Virus record (IMG/VR): IMGVR_UViG_3300048999_000166
Span: 58,430-122,429 of that record
From: a virus
DNA length: 64,000 nt
Direction: 5' to 3' (one strand)
Within the stretch, counting starts at the first letter, position 1. The number at the start of each line of letters is the position of its first letter. Shown here in pieces: positions 41,364 to 50,696 of the stretch. The translations under genes and the position numbers were made by a program. Under the pieces are notes generated by a model. It had not been told where the DNA came from, did no database searches, and worked only from the letters and a program-made list of their open reading frames with translations.

Positions 41364-41574
41364 CAGCGAGAGTGTGTCGCAGCGCAAGCGCGACCGGCTC
41401 AACCTGCTGAACCTCGCCGTCACCACCGCGCACGACGATGAGGCGCGCCCGCTCGACCTGCTGCGGCGCTTCGAGAGCGCGCGGATCGATGTGATGGTGG
41501 ACGCGGTGATGGACCGTACGCTGTCCGCACTCGATGAAGCGTCGGACTATCTGCTGGACAAGGGGAACCTATGA
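41326..41574 (+). CDS. Hypothetical protein
   Basis: GC3-rich, coupled downstream. Confidence 0.5.
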   Translation: MTPPESTDRHDHDSESVSQRKRDRLNLLNLAVTTAHDDEARPLDLLRRFESARIDVMVDAVMDRTLSALDEASDYLLDKGNL

Positions 41575-41954
41575 CCGAGGCGAAGATCTGGGTGCTCACC
41601 GTCTGGTCGAAGGTGTGGGAGCTGCGCACCGTCGTGCTGTTGTGGGCCAGTTTTCTGGCGACCTTCATCGCGCTGTTCGAGCTGATTACCGACAACAACG
41701 CCTGGCGCAGCTTCGGGTGGGCGTTCATCGCCGCAGTGCTCATCGTCGCACGTTGGTTGGCCCTGCACGACGAGCAGATCGCCAATATGAACGTCGTTCA
41801 AAAGGCCGATCAACAGCTGCGCGAGGCGGTGGTGGCGCACCAGGCGAAGCTTGAGCGCGACATCGCGCTGCTGCGGTCGCAGCTCGACATCCATATCCGC
41901 TCCACTACCGCCGGGGTCCGCCCTCGCCCGACTCCCTACAAGCGCACTCACTAA
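41571..41954 (+). CDS. Two-TM coiled-coil protein
   Basis: ATGA overlap. Confidence 0.6.
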   Translation: MTEAKIWVLTVWSKVWELRTVVLLWASFLATFIALFELITDNNAWRSFGWAFIAAVLIVARWLALHDEQIANMNVVQKADQQLREAVVAHQAKLERDIALLRSQLDIHIRSTTAGVRPRPTPYKRTH

Positions 41955-41969
41955 GGAGGTTCCCCAGCC

Positions 41970-42269
41970 ATGGCTAGACCGCCCTTCGAGAGCTGGTCGC
42001 AGTCCAAGCTCGTCGGATACCAGGACATCCTGCTGGTCATGCGGCAGAAGCAGGCCTTCCCGCCCGACGCCTGGCAGTGCCAGTGGCTCGATGACCGCAT
42101 CAGCGCCATCGACAAGGTGCTCGACGCGCGTGTGCAGCAGCTGTGGAGCGAACTGGTCGGGGTGATCGAGAAGAGCATCGACACCGAGGCTGGCCTGGAG
42201 GCGGCCATTCAGGCCGCAATGAAGCGCCACCCCGCCGGCTCCGCGCTGCCCCCGAAGGACACGCCGTGA
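41970..42269 (+). CDS. Hypothetical protein
   Basis: RBS AAGGAGG plus CCCCAGCC-ATG. Confidence 0.65.
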   Translation: MARPPFESWSQSKLVGYQDILLVMRQKQAFPPDAWQCQWLDDRISAIDKVLDARVQQLWSELVGVIEKSIDTEAGLEAAIQAAMKRHPAGSALPPKDTP

Positions 42270-42565
42270 TCGAGGTGCTCTACGACCACCAGCCGTGGCC
42301 CATCGGATTCCCCGAGGAGATCGCGGTCCCCGGCCGGACGCTGGTGGCACGCGACAAGAACGGCGTCGAGGTGGCGCGGTGGGACCAGGACCCGGGCAAC
42401 GATGCGCGGCGGGCCACCGGCGTGCTGCCCGACACCATCATCTGGGAGAGCAAGGTGGAGACCACCCCGAAGCTGCGTCAGTGGTGGCTGTGGCACCAGA
42501 TCATCTCCGAGTGCATGCATCGCGGCTGGACGCTGACGTCGATGCCGCCGGGGGAGAAGCCATGA
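42266..42565 (+). CDS. Hypothetical protein
   Basis: GTGA/ATGA overlaps. Confidence 0.6.
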   Translation: MIEVLYDHQPWPIGFPEEIAVPGRTLVARDKNGVEVARWDQDPGNDARRATGVLPDTIIWESKVETTPKLRQWWLWHQIISECMHRGWTLTSMPPGEKP

Positions 42566-42759
42566 CGAGCGACAGCCGTTACAACGTCACCTGGATGTGC
42601 AGCGAGTGCGGTGAGAAGTGGGCCGACCCAGAGCAGTCGGACACACCGTGCACGGCTACCGCGGGGTGCTCGGGAGAGCCGTTCGGGGTCGCGTACTGGG
42701 CGGGCGAGGCGGACGGTAGCGAGACCCGCTACAACTCCGACGGGACGCGTGCCTCGTGA
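42562..42759 (+). CDS. Small Zn-ribbon-like protein
   Basis: CxxC...C...C. Confidence 0.55.
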   Translation: MTSDSRYNVTWMCSECGEKWADPEQSDTPCTATAGCSGEPFGVAYWAGEADGSETRYNSDGTRAS

Positions 42760-43001
42760 CCGTGCTCAACGCCATCACCTGGTTCTTCATCCTCACCACC
42801 TGGCAGATGAACCTCATGACCCTAGCGGTCGGGTGTATCTCGCAGGCGGAGTTCTCGGCCACGATGGGGGACATGGAGGGCATCTACATCAACCTGCGCA
42901 GGGCGCGCAGGTTGCGGCGCTTCGGGTGGCCGTGGGTGCGGCTCGTGCCCTACTTCCGGGAGCGGCTCTACCCACCCAGAGTGGAGGCGAAGAAGTGGTA
43001 G
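42756..43001 (+). CDS. Hypothetical membrane protein
   Basis: GTGA overlap. Confidence 0.5.
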   Translation: MTVLNAITWFFILTTWQMNLMTLAVGCISQAEFSATMGDMEGIYINLRRARRLRRFGWPWVRLVPYFRERLYPPRVEAKKW

Positions 43002-43873
43002 CGATCGAGTTTTCGGAGGGACGAGTGCTGGTAGGGGCTGAGATCGTGCACCCAGCGGCGAAGATGTTCCCGACCGGCGACGAGGAGTACGTGCACGAGC
43101 TGGCCGCGAGCATCAAGATCGAGGGTCAGCTCACCGCGATCGTGCTCACCCCCGACGGCCAGATGCTGGAGGGCCGCGGGCGGTGGGCGGCCTGCAAGAT
43201 AGCGGGCATCACGCCGGTGACCAGGGTCGAGCGAACGGTCAACCCCTGGAACTACATCCTGGCGTCGAACTCCGAGCAGCTGAAGAACCTGCCGGAGTCG
43301 CAGCGAGCGATGGTGCTGGGGCAGGTCCCGATGTTGGGCTTCGTCGGGACCCCCACTGGGGGTGTAGGTGAACCCCCGTCGCGACGCGGGTTGGAGGAGC
43401 TGACCGGCGTCAGCTCGACCACCATCTACCGCGCGCAACTCATCCACCAGCACGGGGTGCCGGGACTCATCGAGCTGACCGCTGAGGGGTCGGTTCCGTT
43501 GACCACCGCGTGTCGGATGAGCGAGGCCGACGTCGCGGTGCAGCAGCGCTTCGTCGAGCGCGTACGCGCTGGTGAGAACCCTCGTTTCATCGCCAAGCCC
43601 ACCGAGCGCAGGCTCGCACGCATCCCGAAGGAGCCGCGCTCCCCCGCCCGCGCCCCGATGCGCAACCGCCACCGCTTCGTGCGCAAGCAGACCGTCACGC
43701 AGTTCCTGGACACGCTGTCCTCGCTGAGCACGATCATCGACGCAGCCGAGGCGCTCGACCCCGGCATCACCCCCGAGGAAGCCCGCGCTTTCCTCTACGA
43801 ACTGTCCCGTAAGCACATCGCGTATCGACGTATCTGCGATCTACTCAAAGAGCGGAAGGAACAGCAGTCATGA
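42995..43873 (+). CDS. ParB/Srx N-terminal domain protein with HTH
   Basis: HPAA.MFP, ELA.SIK..GQL.AI, LEGRGRW.AC, SN...NL.ESQRAM. Confidence 0.8.
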   Translation: MVAIEFSEGRVLVGAEIVHPAAKMFPTGDEEYVHELAASIKIEGQLTAIVLTPDGQMLEGRGRWAACKIAGITPVTRVERTVNPWNYILASNSEQLKNLPESQRAMVLGQVPMLGFVGTPTGGVGEPPSRRGLEELTGVSSTTIYRAQLIHQHGVPGLIELTAEGSVPLTTACRMSEADVAVQQRFVERVRAGENPRFIAKPTERRLARIPKEPRSPARAPMRNRHRFVRKQTVTQFLDTLSSLSTIIDAAEALDPGITPEEARAFLYELSRKHIAYRRICDLLKERKEQQS

Positions 43874-44769
43874 GTTCACCATTGACCACCGAATTCTCTG
43901 GAATACCCGAAGCCCTCCAGGCCAAGATCGTCGAGGCTCCGACGGTGGCCTCCCGGCGCAAGTTCATCGATAGCTTCATCGCCACCGACCTCTCGGTCGA
44001 TCCGGTCGTGCAGCGGACCATCGACACGAACTGGGTCAACGCCCGCAAGGGGAGCTTCACGCCCAACGCTCTGCACGTGCTGACGGTGTCGCTGCGGGGC
44101 AACGGCCTCAAGCACATCATCGATGGCCAGCACCGCCACGCGCTCGCCCTCGCGGTCGACTACCACGAGCCCCTGACCTGCGAGGTCTACATCGGAATGA
44201 CGCTCGCCGAGGAGGCGCTGCTCTTCCGTCTGCTGAACGACCGCAAGAAGGTCACCCCGATCGACAACTTCCGGATCAGGGTGATCGAAGGCGAGAAGAT
44301 CGCCACCGATCTGACCGAGATCCTGACCCGCTACGGGTGGATCGTGCAGCCCAACAAGTCCCGCCACAGCCTCCAGGCCGTCACCGCGCTGGAGCGCATC
44401 TACACCGGCTGGGGCCCGAAGAAGTCCCAGAACCTCTCGACGGTCGAGTCCGTCATCTCGATCATCACCGCCGCCTGGGACGACAACCCCGACGGGGTGC
44501 GCGCGGAAATCATCACCGGCCTGGGCATGGTGCTGATGCGCCACGGAGACAAGATCAACGTACGTCGCCTCGTCGCGCAGATGAAGGCGGTGCCCGGCGG
44601 ACCAGCGGCGTTGTCGCGGAGGGCGAAGGCGCTGCGCGAGATGTCGGGCGGCATGAAGATCGGGGACGCGGTCGCCACAAACTTCGTCCATATGTCGAAC
44701 TCGAACTTGACCAAGGACTCGAAGAACCGGCTCCCCAGCTGGATGGAAGAAGAGGACTACGACGAGTGA
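43870..44769 (+). CDS. ParB-superfamily DGQHR-motif protein
   Basis: VDP.VQR, IIDGQHR..LA, EEA.LF..LN..K. Confidence 0.8.
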   Translation: MSSPLTTEFSGIPEALQAKIVEAPTVASRRKFIDSFIATDLSVDPVVQRTIDTNWVNARKGSFTPNALHVLTVSLRGNGLKHIIDGQHRHALALAVDYHEPLTCEVYIGMTLAEEALLFRLLNDRKKVTPIDNFRIRVIEGEKIATDLTEILTRYGWIVQPNKSRHSLQAVTALERIYTGWGPKKSQNLSTVESVISIITAAWDDNPDGVRAEIITGLGMVLMRHGDKINVRRLVAQMKAVPGGPAALSRRAKALREMSGGMKIGDAVATNFVHMSNSNLTKDSKNRLPSWMEEEDYDE

Positions 44770-45050
44770 CCCCTTCGGACTACGTACTGATCGTGTGCAC
44801 CGCGATCCTGCTCGCGGTGGTGATCCACCTCTACTTCTACTGGCCGAAGCGCATCGCCGCGATACGGGAACTCACCGAGGTCGAAGTGCAGCTCTGCGAG
44901 ACGATCCGCCTGACCATGCAAGACCTGGAGTCGCGCGATCCGCAGCTGGTCGAGCACATGCAGCTCGGCTACGCGGAGCTGGACAAGATGGAGGCGACGC
45001 TGCGGCGCACCACCCTCGCGCTGACCGTGTTGAAGAAGGGTGGGATATGA
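44766..45050 (+). CDS. Single-pass membrane coiled-coil protein
   Basis: GTGA/ATGA overlaps. Confidence 0.55.
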   Translation: MTPSDYVLIVCTAILLAVVIHLYFYWPKRIAAIRELTEVEVQLCETIRLTMQDLESRDPQLVEHMQLGYAELDKMEATLRRTTLALTVLKKGGI

Positions 45051-45253
45051 GCGGAGAGCACCTCCCTGGTCGAGTCCAGGTGCGGCGCAGCGGGGCGACG
45101 ATGTCGGTCCGCAACTCCGACTATCCGTCGGTGGCGGTGTTCTTTTCCCCGACGGTGTGGATCAAGTTCGTGGAGCAAATAAAAGCAGGAGAGTTCGATA
45201 GCATTTCGGTGCTCGGATCATCCGCCATCCAGGACTGGGAAGAGAGCGCGTAA
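45047..45253 (+). CDS. DUF397-like protein (degenerate N-terminus)
   Basis: V.VRNS..P..A.FF...W..FV..IKAGEFD. Confidence 0.6.
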   Translation: MSGEHLPGRVQVRRSGATMSVRNSDYPSVAVFFSPTVWIKFVEQIKAGEFDSISVLGSSAIQDWEESA

Positions 45254-45456
45254 TGGCCGTGAACAAGGAACTCCACAAGTCGAGCTACTCCGGCAACGGA
45301 GGATGCGTCGGCGTCAAGCTCAGCGACGACGGTGAGCGCGTCGAGGTCTGGGACTACAAGGACTTGTCCAAGAAGTCGGTGCTCAGCACGGTCACGACCG
45401 AGAGCTGGGCGCACTTCATCCAGGAGTGCAAGGACGGGGAGTTCGACCTCCCGTGA
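45253..45456 (+). CDS. DUF397 protein
   Basis: KSSYSG..GCV.V, V.V.D.K, W..F....K.GEFD. Confidence 0.88.
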   Translation: MAVNKELHKSSYSGNGGCVGVKLSDDGERVEVWDYKDLSKKSVLSTVTTESWAHFIQECKDGEFDLP

Positions 45457-45626
45457 CCGCACGCCTCGGCGCGAACCCCGACTACCAACGCGGATGGGTC
45501 GATGGGGTGCGCTGGCAGCGCCAGCGCATGGCCGCGCTGCTCATCGCCGCCGAGCAGAACCCGGCCGCGCGCGTGCTGCTGAACGAACTACTGGCTGGAG
45601 ACGAGGAAGAGGTGGCTACGACATGA
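45453..45626 (+). CDS. Hypothetical protein
   Basis: GTGA/ATGA overlaps. Confidence 0.5.
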   Translation: MTARLGANPDYQRGWVDGVRWQRQRMAALLIAAEQNPAARVLLNELLAGDEEEVATT

Positions 45627-45847
45627 CCGGGATCGTGCTGTGCGCGTTGGCGGGGCTGTGCGCGCTGGCCGGGTTGGTGCTGTACCTGCTGCCCCCGCTG
45701 GCCGGCGCCTCGATGCCTCCGATCAAGCAGAGGCTGCTCGGCTCCGGGTTCTGGTACGGCGTCGCGCTGTTGTTGCTGGTGGTCGCGCTGGAGTGGGGCA
45801 ACATCGGGGTGATCTACAGCCATGCCGGGCTCACCGGATACCGCTGA
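45623..45847 (+). CDS. Two-TM membrane protein
   Basis: Hydrophobic, coupled. Confidence 0.55.
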   Translation: MTGIVLCALAGLCALAGLVLYLLPPLAGASMPPIKQRLLGSGFWYGVALLLLVVALEWGNIGVIYSHAGLTGYR

Positions 45848-46679
45848 TCCCACCGAGGTGCTGCTGTGCGGGGACTGGCACGGCAACACCCGCTGGGCCA
45901 CCAGCGTCATCGATATGGTGCCCGAGTTCATTCCGGAGGGTCCTCGGGTCTTGCTGCAGCTCGGGGACTTCGGGATCTGGCCGGGCCGTGCCGGCGAGGA
46001 CTACCTCTACGACGTCACCGAGGCGCTCAAGGAAGCCGATGCGCAGCTCTGGTTCGTGGACGGCAACCACGAGGACCACTCACAGCTCTACCAGCTACGC
46101 CAGACCCGCACCGGGACCGACCGCTACACCGCTCCCTACGAGATCACCGAGCGCATCACCTGGCTGCCGCGTGGCTACCGGTGGCGCTGGCACGACCGGA
46201 CGTGGCTCGCGCTCGGTGGCGCGACCTCAGTAGACCGGACGCTGCGCACCGTCGGTGTCGACTGGTGGGCCGGTGAGGCGCTCACCTACGAGGACGTGAC
46301 CGCGGCTCGCGCCGGAGGTCAGGTCGATGTGATGGTCACCCACGACTGCCCCGACGGCGTACCGAACGCGTTGCGCCACGGCAACGAGACCGTGCCGGCC
46401 TGGTGGGAGCTGGGGCCCGCCATCGAGCACCGGCGCGTGCTGCGCGCCGTCGTCAACGATGTGCGCCCGGAGTGGCTGTTCCACGGGCACTTCCACCACC
46501 TGCACGACAGCTCCGTCGACTTCGGGTACGGGCCGCTGCGGGTGATGGGGTTCGACTGCGATGGTGTGCTGACCGGCAACAGCCTGCTGTTGAACGTCGA
46601 GACGATGAAGATCACCAACCCGTGGGATAACTCCGCCGCGACGTGGGCGAGCCGCCGCCGGCAGAGGGGGTCTCGATGA
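45822..46679 (+). CDS. Metallophosphoesterase (actinophage type)
   Basis: GDWHG, QLGDFG, VDGNHED, THDCP, HGHFH. Confidence 0.9.
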   Translation: MPGSPDTADPTEVLLCGDWHGNTRWATSVIDMVPEFIPEGPRVLLQLGDFGIWPGRAGEDYLYDVTEALKEADAQLWFVDGNHEDHSQLYQLRQTRTGTDRYTAPYEITERITWLPRGYRWRWHDRTWLALGGATSVDRTLRTVGVDWWAGEALTYEDVTAARAGGQVDVMVTHDCPDGVPNALRHGNETVPAWWELGPAIEHRRVLRAVVNDVRPEWLFHGHFHHLHDSSVDFGYGPLRVMGFDCDGVLTGNSLLLNVETMKITNPWDNSAATWASRRRQRGSR

Positions 46680-46960
46680 GAATCTCCCGGCCTTGCTACG
46701 ACAAGATGCATCGCTGCCCCGGGTGGGCGGGCGGCGGCATGCGGTTCGCAAAGGTCGATCGCTGCGAGAACGGGCGCGTCTCGGTGCCCTACGGACAGCC
46801 GTACTGGAAGTGGCGCACCTGCCGCTGCTCCACGTGCAACGTACTCGTGCTGCCCTACAACGTCCGCTGGGTCGACATCCGCTGGCTGGGCTACTACCTG
46901 CGACCCACCTACTGGGTGCGCGAGGTGCGCTACCGGTACGACAGAAGGAAGAACCGATGA
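46676..46960 (+). CDS. Cys-rich hypothetical protein
   Basis: ATGA overlap. Confidence 0.55.
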   Translation: MRISRPCYDKMHRCPGWAGGGMRFAKVDRCENGRVSVPYGQPYWKWRTCRCSTCNVLVLPYNVRWVDIRWLGYYLRPTYWVREVRYRYDRRKNR

Positions 46961-46976
46961 AGTGGTCGGCGCGGTC

Positions 46977-47195
46977 ATGACGTTGCGACACGAGCTGCAC
47001 CGGATGCTCACCGAGCCCAGCCGCTACGTCAACCCGCGCGTGTTCGCGGTGGTGTCCATCATGTGGATCATCATGGCGTTCGGGTTCGTGGTGGCCGTCT
47101 CGCTCGGGTGCTGGTGGCCCGCCGCGATCTACTTCGTGGTCGGCGCCGTCTACACGGTGCTGGTCTACCGGCACTGGCCCTGGAGGAAGTCATGA
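46977..47195 (+). CDS. Two-TM membrane protein
   Basis: Hydrophobic. Confidence 0.55.
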   Translation: MTLRHELHRMLTEPSRYVNPRVFAVVSIMWIIMAFGFVVAVSLGCWWPAAIYFVVGAVYTVLVYRHWPWRKS

Positions 47196-47521
47196 CCGAC
47201 CACAGCTGCTCGGTGTGCGGAGGACCCTTGCGCGACCCCGCGACGCCCATCGATGAGCACTCGTCCGCCTACGACCACACGCCCGACTGTCGCATCGCGC
47301 AGCGTCGTGAATACAACAAGGGCGTCAAGCGCATGAAGGAGCTGATCGAGGCCTCCTCGCTCGGTACTCCCGGCGCGCAGGCCTTGATCAAGATCGGGCG
47401 ACTCTCCGTGCAGGGCCTGAGCAACGAGGAGATCGAGGCGGCGCTCACCCCCGCCGAGCGCAAACTCGCTCGCGATGAACTCAACTGGCTGCAACGCCAG
47501 ATGGAACGACCGCAGTGGTGA
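47192..47521 (+). CDS. Hypothetical protein
   Basis: ATGA overlap; CxxC..H..C. Confidence 0.55.
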   Translation: MTDHSCSVCGGPLRDPATPIDEHSSAYDHTPDCRIAQRREYNKGVKRMKELIEASSLGTPGAQALIKIGRLSVQGLSNEEIEAALTPAERKLARDELNWLQRQMERPQW

Positions 47522-47527
47522 TCCCCG

Positions 47528-47860
47528 ATGGCTGAGCAAAAGTTCGAGATCTGCCCGCGCTGCGGGCGCACCGTCCATGTGCTGCTCAACGGCACCCTCG
47601 GGCGGCACCGGTACGCGATCAACCGCGTCGAGTATCCGTGCGTGGAAGGCACCAAGCCTCCAGCTCCGACGGGTGAGCTGGCGCGCAAGCGCGGCGTCGT
47701 CGCGCGTGCCCTCGCGCGAGCGGAGCGGGCTGAGGCGGAGTGCGACCGGCTCACCGAGGAGAACGAACGGCTGCGCGCACAGCTGAAAGTGTGGGAGGCG
47801 AAGCGCACCGTGGGCGGACCGCCCCGTCCCTACACCCCGAACTGGAAGGCGTCGACATGA
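47528..47860 (+). CDS. Zn-finger/coiled-coil hypothetical protein
   Basis: CPRCG...H...C. Confidence 0.6.
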   Translation: MAEQKFEICPRCGRTVHVLLNGTLGRHRYAINRVEYPCVEGTKPPAPTGELARKRGVVARALARAERAEAECDRLTEENERLRAQLKVWEAKRTVGGPPRPYTPNWKAST

Positions 47861-48156
47861 GCCACCACAAGCCCTGGGCGCTGGTGAAGGCCGAGAGACT
47901 GATCCGGTCGGGGCGCATTCCGCTGGACGATATGCGCTCCTACGGGGCGGCGCTGACGCTGTTCCTCGCCGAGTACGACCGACTCCAGGAGCAAGAGTCT
48001 GACGTGGCCCTGCTCATGGAGAACTACGACCGGCTGCTCAAGGTCGAACAGAGCCTGCGCACGCTGATCAACCTGCGTCGCAACCCCGGAAACGTCAAGG
48101 GAGCGGAGAACTTGGAGCAGGTGCTGTGGGACAAGCTGACGAGGTTGATCGGGTGA
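47857..48156 (+). CDS. Hypothetical protein
   Basis: Coupled ORF. Confidence 0.55.
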   Translation: MSHHKPWALVKAERLIRSGRIPLDDMRSYGAALTLFLAEYDRLQEQESDVALLMENYDRLLKVEQSLRTLINLRRNPGNVKGAENLEQVLWDKLTRLIG

Positions 48157-48365
48157 ACGATCCGATGGAAATTGATCTCGACAAAGAGGACACCTGCGAG
48201 TGCGGGCATGCCATGGGTCCGCACCGGCTGCTCGGGTATCCCGACGAGCAGGTCGGGATGCCGGTCTCCGGCTGGATGCAGTGCCCGGAGTGCGACTGCG
48301 TTAAGACCTGGGAGATCAGCCCGGAGATGCTGCAAGCGGTGCGGAACGCGACCAATGGCAACTAA
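48153..48365 (+). CDS. Small Zn-finger-like protein
   Basis: CECGH...H, CxxCDC. Confidence 0.55.
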   Translation: MNDPMEIDLDKEDTCECGHAMGPHRLLGYPDEQVGMPVSGWMQCPECDCVKTWEISPEMLQAVRNATNGN

Positions 48366-48990
48366 CCTGCCACCCGACGTCCGGGGCCGCGCCGCCCTAC
48401 AGGCGATGGCCGCCTACTTCTCCGCGAAGAACGCCCTGGCCTCGAAGCCGTGGCCAGCAGTGGTCGACGCCGTGACCTCCGTGGTCGCCGAGGAGATCGA
48501 GCGCCCGCTCCAGGCCCGGATCGAGGCGCTGGAGGAGAAGCTGGAACGCGACGCGTTCACGATCGAGCATCAGCGGCAGCTAATTAACCAGCAAGCCGCA
48601 GCTGGCATGGCACCCACGGTCAACGACTGGCCGGCATTCGACAGCGAATGGTCGGTGAACATGCGTGCCCATCTGGGCAAGAACGTCACGGTGGTTCTTC
48701 AGGATGAGCCAAACAGGGCCTCGATCACCGGCACGTTGCTGTCGTTCAGCGAGGACGGCGAGGTAGTGGTCCGCGCGGGCGACGGTACCGCGCACTGGTG
48801 TTGGCCCAACCTGCGTACTGAATCAGCGCGGGACACGCTCCAGACCCGGGTCGAGGTGCTCACCGCCGCGCTGACCGAGATCGCGGACGAAGCGGATCCG
48901 TGCACCGACGAGCGCACCGCCAGGCACTTCGTCGACTGCCCCGTGTGCGGCGCCCGTGCGGTGCTGGCTGCCGGCAAGGAAGAGTCGTGA
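48355..48990 (+). CDS. Hypothetical protein with Sm/LSm-like segment
   Basis: HLGK.V.V.L....ITG.LLSF. Confidence 0.55.
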   Translation: MATNLPPDVRGRAALQAMAAYFSAKNALASKPWPAVVDAVTSVVAEEIERPLQARIEALEEKLERDAFTIEHQRQLINQQAAAGMAPTVNDWPAFDSEWSVNMRAHLGKNVTVVLQDEPNRASITGTLLSFSEDGEVVVRAGDGTAHWCWPNLRTESARDTLQTRVEVLTAALTEIADEADPCTDERTARHFVDCPVCGARAVLAAGKEES

Positions 48991-49223
48991 CCACCTGGGT
49001 GACCATCGACAACAGCCGGCGCACCCCGAACGGAACCTACGCGGACCTCGCGGACTGCTACGGAGGCGGCATCGAGGTGGGCGACGTCGTCCACGTGATC
49101 GAGCGGAAGTCGCGGCGGATCGGTGGGGCGCTGGTCACCGGGATCGATGAGGAGTTCGTGTACCTCTCGCTGGCCTGGCACACACTCACCGACGCGTATT
49201 CGAGAAGAGGATCTACACCATGA
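48987..49223 (+). CDS. Hypothetical protein
   Basis: GTGA/ATGA overlaps. Confidence 0.55.
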   Translation: MTTWVTIDNSRRTPNGTYADLADCYGGGIEVGDVVHVIERKSRRIGGALVTGIDEEFVYLSLAWHTLTDAYSRRGSTP

Positions 49224-49480
49224 CCGAAGAGTCACTAGTCATCAACCAATCGCACTACGACCGCTACCTGAAGTGCACCACCTGCGGGGCGAAGCGCGGC
49301 TCCCCCTGCTTCAGCCTGCGCACCCGCTTCCCGAAGCCACTGATCGGGGTGCACCCCGGCCGCCCGATGAACAGCGGTCGCCCGACGGTCATCCGACCCG
49401 GCCGTCGACCGACGAAACCCGACAACGGGGGCGTGTCAGTGGAGGACTGGCTGTCGCAGCACGGAGAACCCGATGACTAA
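49220..49480 (+). CDS. Zn-finger-like hypothetical protein
   Basis: C.TCGA..G.PC...H..R. Confidence 0.6.
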   Translation: MTEESLVINQSHYDRYLKCTTCGAKRGSPCFSLRTRFPKPLIGVHPGRPMNSGRPTVIRPGRRPTKPDNGGVSVEDWLSQHGEPDD

Positions 49481-49555
49481 AACTCGACCGTAACGAAACT
49501 ATGATGGGGCCGTTAGTGCCAGTGAACGAGCAAATCCGAGCGCAAGGAGCATTCA

Positions 49556-49879
49556 ATGGCCCAGAAGATTCAGGTCGAACTCATCGATGATCTCGACGGA
49601 ACCGTCGCCGACGAGACTGTCTACTTTGGACTCGACGGGAAGAGCTACGAGATCGATCTTTCTCACGACAACTCGAAGCTGTTGCGCGAGGGCTTGACGG
49701 AGTGGACGAACGCCGCCCGCAAGGCGGGCGCGAGCCACAAGCCCCGTTCGGCACCGCGCAAGTCTTCGCAGGTCACCTCGGCCGTGCGGGACTGGGCGAA
49801 CAGCAACGGCTACAAGGTCGCGGAACGCGGCCGCATTCCGGCTCAGGTGCAAGCAGCCTACGAAGCCGCGCAGGGGTGA
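49556..49879 (+). CDS. lsr2: Lsr2 nucleoid-associated protein
   Basis: MAQKIQVELIDDLDG..ADETV.FGLDG..YEIDLS, VRDWA..NG..V..RGRIP. Confidence 0.96.
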   Translation: MAQKIQVELIDDLDGTVADETVYFGLDGKSYEIDLSHDNSKLLREGLTEWTNAARKAGASHKPRSAPRKSSQVTSAVRDWANSNGYKVAERGRIPAQVQAAYEAAQG

Positions 49880-50019
49880 CCTACTTCGGGTGGCGGGGCG
49901 TTGCCGTTGGTGGCGCCCTGCTAGCCGGCGGATTACTCGGCATCGGCGCCTACTTCTCCGCGAAGATTCTCGTCGAGCTGTTCGTCGGTTATAAAACCAT
50001 GAGGGGCTCCCGGCCATGA
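49876..50019 (+). CDS. Small membrane protein
   Basis: GTGA/ATGA overlaps, TM. Confidence 0.5.
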   Translation: MTYFGWRGVAVGGALLAGGLLGIGAYFSAKILVELFVGYKTMRGSRP

Positions 50020-50324
50020 GCATCGTGAACACCTTCCGCACCCCGGCGGCAAAAGTGATCTTCGTACTCGGGGGATTGCTGTCGCGGGTGAAGACCTACC
50101 AGCGGGTGTACTCGATGAACTGGGACGAGCCCGATGACAAGCCCGAGTTCACCTCGGCCGGACGGCGCTGGATTTCCAGCCGCCTCTCGATGCAGCTGCT
50201 GCACCTATCCGAGAAGGTCGATCCGGGCCATTGGGAGCACTGGGCGCTCGATCACGAGGACTGCCCGTCCGATGTGCGCTGCCCGCGCTGCGGCGGACAG
50301 CTCTGTCCCGATGATGAGGAGTAA
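50016..50324 (+). CDS. Hypothetical protein
   Basis: Coupled ORF. Confidence 0.55.
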   Translation: MSIVNTFRTPAAKVIFVLGGLLSRVKTYQRVYSMNWDEPDDKPEFTSAGRRWISSRLSMQLLHLSEKVDPGHWEHWALDHEDCPSDVRCPRCGGQLCPDDEE

Positions 50325-50523
50325 CCCCTTGACCGGCGTCATCCCGAGGCCCCCGGATGTCTTCGCCAACCCCTACATCCGTTGCATGGACTGCCAGGAG
50401 CGGGTGACCAACGTCCGCTACCCGGGCAGCCTCAACGTCCCGTGCGGGCACCTCGACTGGGAGTCGAGCTGCCTGTCCTGGAGCGTCATCGATGGCTGCA
50501 CCTGCACCGAGGACCACGAATGA
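50311..50523 (+). CDS. Small Cys-rich protein
   Basis: CxxC, PCGH, C.SW...GC.C. Confidence 0.55.
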   Translation: MMRSNPLTGVIPRPPDVFANPYIRCMDCQERVTNVRYPGSLNVPCGHLDWESSCLSWSVIDGCTCTEDHE

Positions 50524-50696
50524 AGATCGAGTTCAAGCTCCCCTGCTGCCCGAAGTGCATGATCAAAAGACTCGGGCGCTACACCATCGTCTGGGTGCTC
50601 GCGCTCTCGACGCTGGCCGGGCTCGCGGCGCTGCGGGCGCTGCGCTGGTTGAACGGCGACGACTACTACAGCTCGGTGGGTAAGGACGGCCGCTAG
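50520..50696 (+). CDS. Small membrane protein
   Basis: ATGA overlap, TM. Confidence 0.5.
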   Translation: MKIEFKLPCCPKCMIKRLGRYTIVWVLALSTLAGLAALRALRWLNGDDYYSSVGKDGR

